A DNA stretch of 64,000 nt, from the NCBI GenBank assembly GCA_037447605.1, contig CM074814.1:2480001-2544000 (forward strand). The letters are read 5' to 3'. Shown one piece after another: positions 57,389 to 64,000 of this stretch (the stretch's first letter is position 1; each line of letters begins with the position of its first letter). The translations under genes and the position numbers were made by a program. Source of the stretch: Zygnema circumcarinatum SAG 698-1b (Eukaryota; Plantae; Zygnematophyceae). Below the pieces are notes generated by a model. The model saw only the letters and a list, made by a program, of their open reading frames with translations. It was not told the DNA's origin and did not search any database.

Positions 57389-59906
57389 TTAAAGTGCCTC
57401 CTTAAGAGCGGTTGGTTTCTGTGTGTCTGTAGACTCTGTAAAGGGCTCGTCTTTCATCGACTCATCTTCACTCAGCACTTCCACCTTGATCGGCACAATG
57501 TCAAACTCGACTTCCGCCCTGCCGGAGGAATCTGTCTCACTCGACCCACTTTCACTCGACAGTAAAACTGCATCAGACTCAATTCCGGAAATGTCACAAT
57601 GGCTCAGCAAATCTATCTTGCTCTGTGCAGCAGACTCGATTTCAGACTCCGCCCTACTCAATGACTGCGTCTTGTTTGGCTCCGCTCCATTGTTGAGAGA
57701 GGGGGCAGGGTTCTCATTGTCAGCCTGCAGTGCCTTTTCACTCGCCTGCTCGATTTCCCACTCCATCACTGTTGGGATTTCCGTATTGCTGGGCTCATTC
57801 TTGCTTGCAACGCTTGTCTTGTTCGACCGAATTCCATTAGTCCATGGAATCTCACTTGTTGACTCAAACTCTGATTCCATCCTGCCTGAAGACTCCATTT
57901 TGCTTCCCTCTTTTTCGCTCACCAAATTTGTCTTGCTCGACTCAACTTGCCTCAGCACAGCCACCATGCTTTCCACATTTCCACTGTCGAATTCCGTCCT
58001 GTCCATATCGAGTCCAACATCGCCTCTCACCTCCTTTTGGAAAGGACTTGGCACGCTTCCACCATCATATTCCATCTTTTCAATTTCCATTCCGACTTCT
58101 CCATTCTTCAGGGGGCTCCCCCCTTTCGAGAGGTCGATAGCAGCTTCCGCCTTGAATTTCTCACTTCTTCGCCTGTTGCAGTCCCAGCACCTCCTCTTCC
58201 CATTAACTATGCTTGATCCTTCCGTCTCCCTCTCTCTCAAAAGCCTTCGCACCTCCTCCGAATAAGCAGCCCGCACTTCCATAATCTCCTCCACCATCTC
58301 CTCTTTCTGCCTTTCCGCTTCCTCCAGCCTCTCGGCCATGGCTGCGATCCGGCCTGCCGAGTCATCCTTAGACTTTCCTGACTGCTTCAATGCATAGACC
58401 TCATTCACTAACTGAGCTATGGCTGCCTCTTTTCCCTGCAAGACTATTCCCAAATGCTGCAGCTGTGCCTCCTTCTCCTCATTCAATTTCTGCACATCTC
58501 CCTTCAACTTCATCATGACACCTGTTAGCTTCTGGCGATGCCACGAAATCTCCAACGCCGACTGAGATGCTGCCACCTGTCCATCCACCTCCGGAGAGAT
58601 AACCTTTTCTCCTCTCGCCAGCTGCAGAAGATCTTCAACTAGTCTCCCAATCTCCTCCTTCAATTGACACAGATGCTGCTCGAGATCCTTCCTCTGTTCC
58701 TCAACTCTATTCACATTTCGAGTCAGTTCTCTATTCCTCTCAGCCACTCGCATTACTGCCTCCTCCTTTGTGGTGACCTGCAACTGAAGCCTCCCTATCT
58801 CCTCCGCCATTCCTGCTATTTTTTCCATCTGGGCCGCAGTTTCTGCCTGCGGGTCCTCGTCCGCGACTTCCTCCACATCCGATATTCGAGCGATTCTCTC
58901 CTCCAAAGCTGCCATTTTCTTTGCCATCTCCAATTTCTGTCCCTCAACTACCGCCAAAGTATTTCTCGCCTCCATTTTCTCCAGTTTCGCTTTGTCTGCC
59001 TTCTCAAGTGCTTCCTGCACCTCAGCCCTCTGTTCATTCATCTCCTCTTTCTGTCTCTGCATTTCCAGAAGCAGCACTGCCAATCTCCTACTCAAAACAC
59101 TCATTTCCCCTTCAGTCGCTCCCTTCTCGACGTCCATTCTGCCCATCCTTTCTTTCAATCCGCAGATTTCTTCTCTCATTTTCTGGATATCCTCCTCCTT
59201 CTCCACTAACTCCTCTGCAAATCTGTCGTTCATAAGCTCTGCTTCTTCGATCGCTGCGTTCGCACTCTCTACAGCACTCAAAGCTGCGAGCTTTTCTTTA
59301 GTCTCTGCTTCCACATCAAGTGCATGCTTCACATTTTCTGCAGCCAGTTTGCGCACCTTTTCTTCCGCAATGGTTAATTTTTCACGCATCTGTTGTCTAT
59401 CTGCTTCCGCTTCCTTCCATGCAACGAGTGCCTTACGGTGTGCGACCTTCAGCTCCTCCACCTCCTCCTCCCTCTGTGATACCTCCAGAGACGCAGAACA
59501 GGAAGCTTCTGCAGCGTTTCCTTTACCTTTCTCTTCGCGGTCCTTCCTGACCATGCTATTGACCTCAGCGGCATTGGATTCTTTCAAGTCTATACCAGCT
59601 TCCTTCAAAGATTGCTCTCTCTCCATCCTCCTTCTGCTCTTTCCCGCATCCTTTTCACCGTCAGTCCGAGCTCCACCTGCAACTGACTGTCGAAATGCCC
59701 GAAATTCTCGTTTTTCCACCTTCCTCTCGAGCAGCATCCTGTTGACTTCTCTCTTCTTCAGTATGACGAGCTCCTCCAATTCTCTCTGCTTCCCCTCTGC
59801 CGCCTCTGCTCGTACACATTCTTTCTGAAGATCCTCCTCTGCCCGTCGAAGTTTTTCGCGCAGAGCGGCAATCACCTTTTCATTGTGATTGTTAATGTCT
59901 ATGAGG
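57389..59906 (-). CDS. Long coiled-coil protein, terminal ~2.5-kb exon (5' exons not seen)
   Basis: Open frame of more than 830 codons with host-like codon usage, starting at the acceptor ttctgcag|cctcat (59906). Extended Glu/Lys/Ala heptad content, then an acidic Ser-rich tail. Upstream is an N gap and a retrotransposon. Confidence 0.8.
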
Positions 59907-60091
59907 CTGCAGAACAGACATGAATTCACAAATGTGAGGATTAGTCTTCACGGAATTAAATCAAGAAATCGAGAGAGAAGGCAGAGAAGAANNNNNNNNN
60001 NNNNNNNNNNNNNNNNNNNNNNNNNNNNNNNNNNNNNNNNNNNNNNNNNNNNNNNNNNNNNNNNNNNNNNNNNNNNNNNNNNNNNNNNNNN

Positions 60092-63000
60092 AGGTGTCCG
60101 CGAGGGAAGATCCGTGATCAAGTCCATACCCACACCATCCCATTTCGAGGAGGTGTGAGGGTTGCGGCTGGCGGGGGATCCCTGCCCGGTCGCGGGGGTT
60201 TTGTTTCGTTGACAAGTTGGACAGCGGTACATAAACTCACATCCTCGAGGAGTCAGGCCACGGCGAGGAACTCTCGGGCCGGTGCCTCCGCGGGTTTTAA
60301 CTCCCATGTATGACACAGAGTGCAGGGATCCGTACTTAGCTCACCCGGAATGAGCTGCGTGCAGATCCCGGCCTTGAGCCGCGACCAGCCCCGCTGGCGT
60401 GGTACGGGGAATCCGTCCTTAGACACCACTTTGTCCTTATAGCCATTTCGCGTATGGGAACTGCAGATACTTGAGTATGTATGGGCCAGGAAGGCGGAAG
60501 GGGTGCATCCAGCAGTGGAGATCACTGACAAGCATCACTGAAACAGCGGAGGCTTCGGGGATTTAGCCCGGCCCCTCCCTGTCATCTCGTTCCACCAACA
60601 CTTTCGAGTAAAGCGGCGCACCATCGAGCAAGATGCACGAAACGCCTGATGCGTGCACTTCATTCGGCGCCAGGCGTCGCTGCTGGCGATCAAACCTTTG
60701 GAGAACTCAGACGGCGTGCCTACGCTGGGGAATTACGGTTGGGTTGGGGAAGGCGATCAGCGAGAGTGAGCCATTGGACCAGCGTGACGCTTTTAGCTAA
60801 ATAACACCGCCCGCCCTTCACCGGCGTGGACCCATACAGCAGTTCATTCATTGCTGCGAGAATAGTTGCTTCGGCCCGAGGATTCATTTCTGCGACTTTC
60901 ATACGCTAAGGTTAGCCATCTTGAAACAGGCGGCTTTAAAGTAGAATCAGCATCACAAACCACTTCATAAGGCTTGGACGGGTCCGCTAAACGGAGAGTG
61001 GGTGCGGTAACAAGGGCATGGCGCACACCTTCGAATGCATCCTGGCATTCAGGGGTCCATGAAAAGGGGACACCGGAACGTGTCAAATTAGTCAAGGGGG
61101 TAACCAGTTTACTAAACCCTTGGATGAACTTACGAAAATAATTACTTAAAGCCCGAGAGAGAAAGACCTCCAACACAGTGCTTGAGGTCGATTGGTGGTA
61201 CTAGCTTCTACATTTGAGAGCACTTTGTAGAATTCGGGCGAAGAGCCGATCGTGAGAATATACCCAAAGATAAAGCAAGTCCGTTGCATGAAGTGACACT
61301 TCTTCCTCTTGGCATAAAATTGGTGTTTCCTCAGGGTCTCAAACACTTTCCGAACATGTTCAAGATGTTCCTCCTCCGTCTTACTGAAGACAAGGATATC
61401 ATCGAGGTAAACCAAAACAAAGTCATCCATGCCTATGAACATCTCGTTCATGACAGCCTGGAAAGTTGCCGGAGCATTCGTCAATCCAAAGGGCAACACC
61501 TTATATTGGAAATGACCAATGGTGTGCGGAACGCAGTTTTCGGCACATCAGCTTCCGTAACACGAATCTGATGGTACCCCTGAGCAAGATCAAGTGACGT
61601 GAACACTTTGGCGCCGTGAAGACGATCCAACAGATCGTCGATACGTGGTAAAGCAAATCGATTCTTTACAGTGATCTTGTGGAGTGCGCGATAATCGATG
61701 CACATCCTCCAAGAACCATCTTTCTTCCCAACAAACAAGATGGGCGCCCCAAAGGGGCTCTGACTGGGTTCTATCCAGCCCTTGTCACGTAAAGTGGCCA
61801 ACTGCTACGCGCTGCACACCCGGGTTTCGCTTTCGGGACAACACGATAGATCGGCGCCGAGCTTTGCGCAGAGCTCAAGAGGTGAAGCGTTGCTTTGCCT
61901 CCTTTCGATGGTGGCAGCTGCCTCTTGAGGAAGGTCGTCAGTCCACTGAACTCAAATCAGCGGGGAGGTTGGGTCGAGGGCCAGGAGCAGTAGAGGCACA
62001 TCCGTAGATCGTGATCTGCCGTTGTGAATCGCCGTCGTGAACATCCTCGATTAGCTGCCATGGCGTACCATGAACAAGGTACAGCCCTCATGGCATGGCC
62101 AGGCTGCGCCTTGGCGAGATGGGAGTATCAACACCGCCTTGGCTTATGATGGTCATGGGTTTTGCAGGGTGCAAATTCAGCGATGCGCCTATCCCATTTA
62201 TGCAGAATACGGTGTGGCTGGGATGGAAAAAGTCAATTGGGCTTTTGACCATAGTTAGCCAGGCACTCCCTAAATTAACATCGTTCCGGTGGCGGTTGGC
62301 TGGCAGAGGCGCTGCGCTGCCCGGGTAGGATTGGAGCTTGATCTTGAGTGTGGCGCTGCGGGGGGTCAGCGCCCGAAATTAAAATGCGAAAGTAACACTT
62401 TGGTGGGGAGTGCACATGGTCAATCAAATCTCTACGGGTGAGCCTTGAGGAAGACAACAAAGTTAGCACATCTGCCCGGTGTCCTAGCGGTATCCTTCCT
62501 TGCTTAGCGGGGTGGCCATTAGGCGACCGGTGAAGGTCATTGCACGATGGGCAAGATGGAACGCTGATTGCTGCATACACGAGGGTGAGGGCGGCATTAT
62601 CGCGCAAAAATTGTAGAGGATCCAACGATCAGGCTTAATTGGAATCCCTTCCATCATCTGCACCAACACGCGTACTTTACTTTTTCGCTTCATTTTACCA
62701 GCACTTAATTTGGCGTTAGGAAAAAGTCTGGCTTACCAAGTCGCGGAACAGCATACGTAGAGATAATAGGAAGTATCCCCAAGACAAGCAAAAGGCATCC
62801 ATGGCACATCTCATCAAGACATCATCCCCGCGAGAGGTTTGAGCAGCACACCGGCCCGCATCACTACATCCCATAAACCTAGAGGTCCACCACGGTGGAG
62901 GACATGGAATGGGGAAGCGCATGACACTTTGGCGGTGTTGAGTCACCCAGCAAGTTAAAAGCATGTCCGTGGTCCTAAGCCACAAAAGTCCCTTAACATT

Positions 63001-63800
63001 GACGGCAACTGTCCTCCCACCCCCTAACCTGCTTTCTCCACCAGCGGCTGACTCCTAAAAGCTGGTGGGTTGGGGAACACCCCGGCCCTTGCCCGCGTGG
63101 TGCCGGGAGGCGTCCGGGACATATGCCCCTCCTTGCTGACGAAAGCGGAAACACTTGTTCGCATCCTTCTCCCATTTCCTGCAGTCCACAGCTTGGCGTG
63201 CGGTGGGTGGGCAGGCAGCCACTTCCGAAACGCTACGCTTATTCTTTCTGCCATCTTGAAGTGCTTTGAGATCCGCCCAGCCACCGATACACACAAAAGT
63301 CGCCCGACCTCTCTTTGGGGTGGGAGGGGCACATAGCTGGGAGGTGCATGTGAATGGCTGCATCCAGAAGTACGAGCAGGTGGTAGGGGTTACAGGTTTC
63401 AGTCAGGTGGGTTAGTTACTTGGCCTTCCTCGGGTGTGGCTTCAAACCACCATTCTGAAGTGGAAAAAGAACTCAACCTATGGGCCATTGTTGTGTTTGG
63501 GGGCGCCGCTGGCCCTTGAGATCTCATGGCCTTGGCGGTACCCGGTTTGGACCATGTTAGAGGTATCCGGTCCAAAAGGCGGGATCAAGGCTTAAAGTGC
63601 TTGATAAGTTCATCTCTAGGAGACTTACATCGATGCGTCCAATCTCGCTGAGGAAAACTCGCGCGGTATGCGGCTCCTCGCGAGAGTCTTGGAAAAGCAA
63701 AACACCCAGGAGAGAGAGAGAGGGCAGGTTGAGGTATAAGAAGAAGGTAACCCGCCGTTTGACCCAACCACTGCTCAATCCGGCGATCCATTAGTAGAAT
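60092..63800 (-). mobile_element. Degenerate Ty3/Gypsy LTR retrotransposon internal region (gag-RT-RNaseH-integrase)
   Basis: RT: [69 protein letters not shown] (61146-61801). Connection/RNase H: SNYFRKFI, LADPSKPYEVVCDA (60844-61176). Integrase N-terminus: CPTCQRNK, MDLITDLP (60100-60316). Gag-like ELIKHFKP (~63590) and a decayed knuckle CFRFRQQG (~63150). Multiple stops and frameshifts. The order RT-RH-INT is Ty3/Gypsy. Confidence 0.9.
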
Positions 63801-64000
63801 GTTAGCTAAAAGGAAAGCGGGGCCACTGGCTAATTCAGTGGGGCGTCCTCAGTGATGAGTTCCCAGAGAGGGGCGGTCAGGGGAACCGGGGATGCCTCAC
63901 TTGGCGCTGCTGAGCCGCGAGGGTCCCCGCTGGCAGGTAGTTACGTCACCCGGTAGGTGACTTCCCCAATGGACAAGCCAAAGGCGTGGACTTACGCGGT

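Overview
Eukaryotic, intron-rich nuclear DNA from a green plant (streptophyte-like, judged from GT-AG introns, plant-type plastid proteins and telo-box motifs; the species cannot be determined). Introns are full of GA/CT microsatellites and there are many short N gaps. Most long six-frame ORFs are low-complexity artefacts, so genes were rebuilt by hand from splice sites. Supported genes, left to right: a PPR-like organellar protein (minus, runs off the left edge); a rhodanese/UPF0176 (STR7-like) gene head-to-head with it; a 21-exon PqqL-type M16 zinc protease with a tandemly duplicated in-frame start region; an N-terminally truncated, frameshifted CAMTA-like ankyrin/CaM-binding gene; HCAR with an unusual hydrophobic C-terminal tail; a TPR-like protein with a C-terminal TM helix; a CLD1-like alpha/beta-hydrolase; an intronless ankyrin-repeat gene; a family-I pyrophosphatase-like protein that seems to have lost its catalytic residues; and one very large coiled-coil exon. 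Mobile DNA: a ~4.4 kb degenerate CRE-like (RT + RLE) non-LTR retrotransposon with a candidate 10-bp TSD, a second 3' fragment of the same family, a dispersed CCAATGGTT-motif repeat family carrying an orphan ORF, a TA-flanked MITE, two tandem long-TIR foldback elements, and a decayed Ty3/Gypsy element. No rRNA, tRNA or CRISPR array was recognised. All homology calls are from recalled family motifs, not from database searches.
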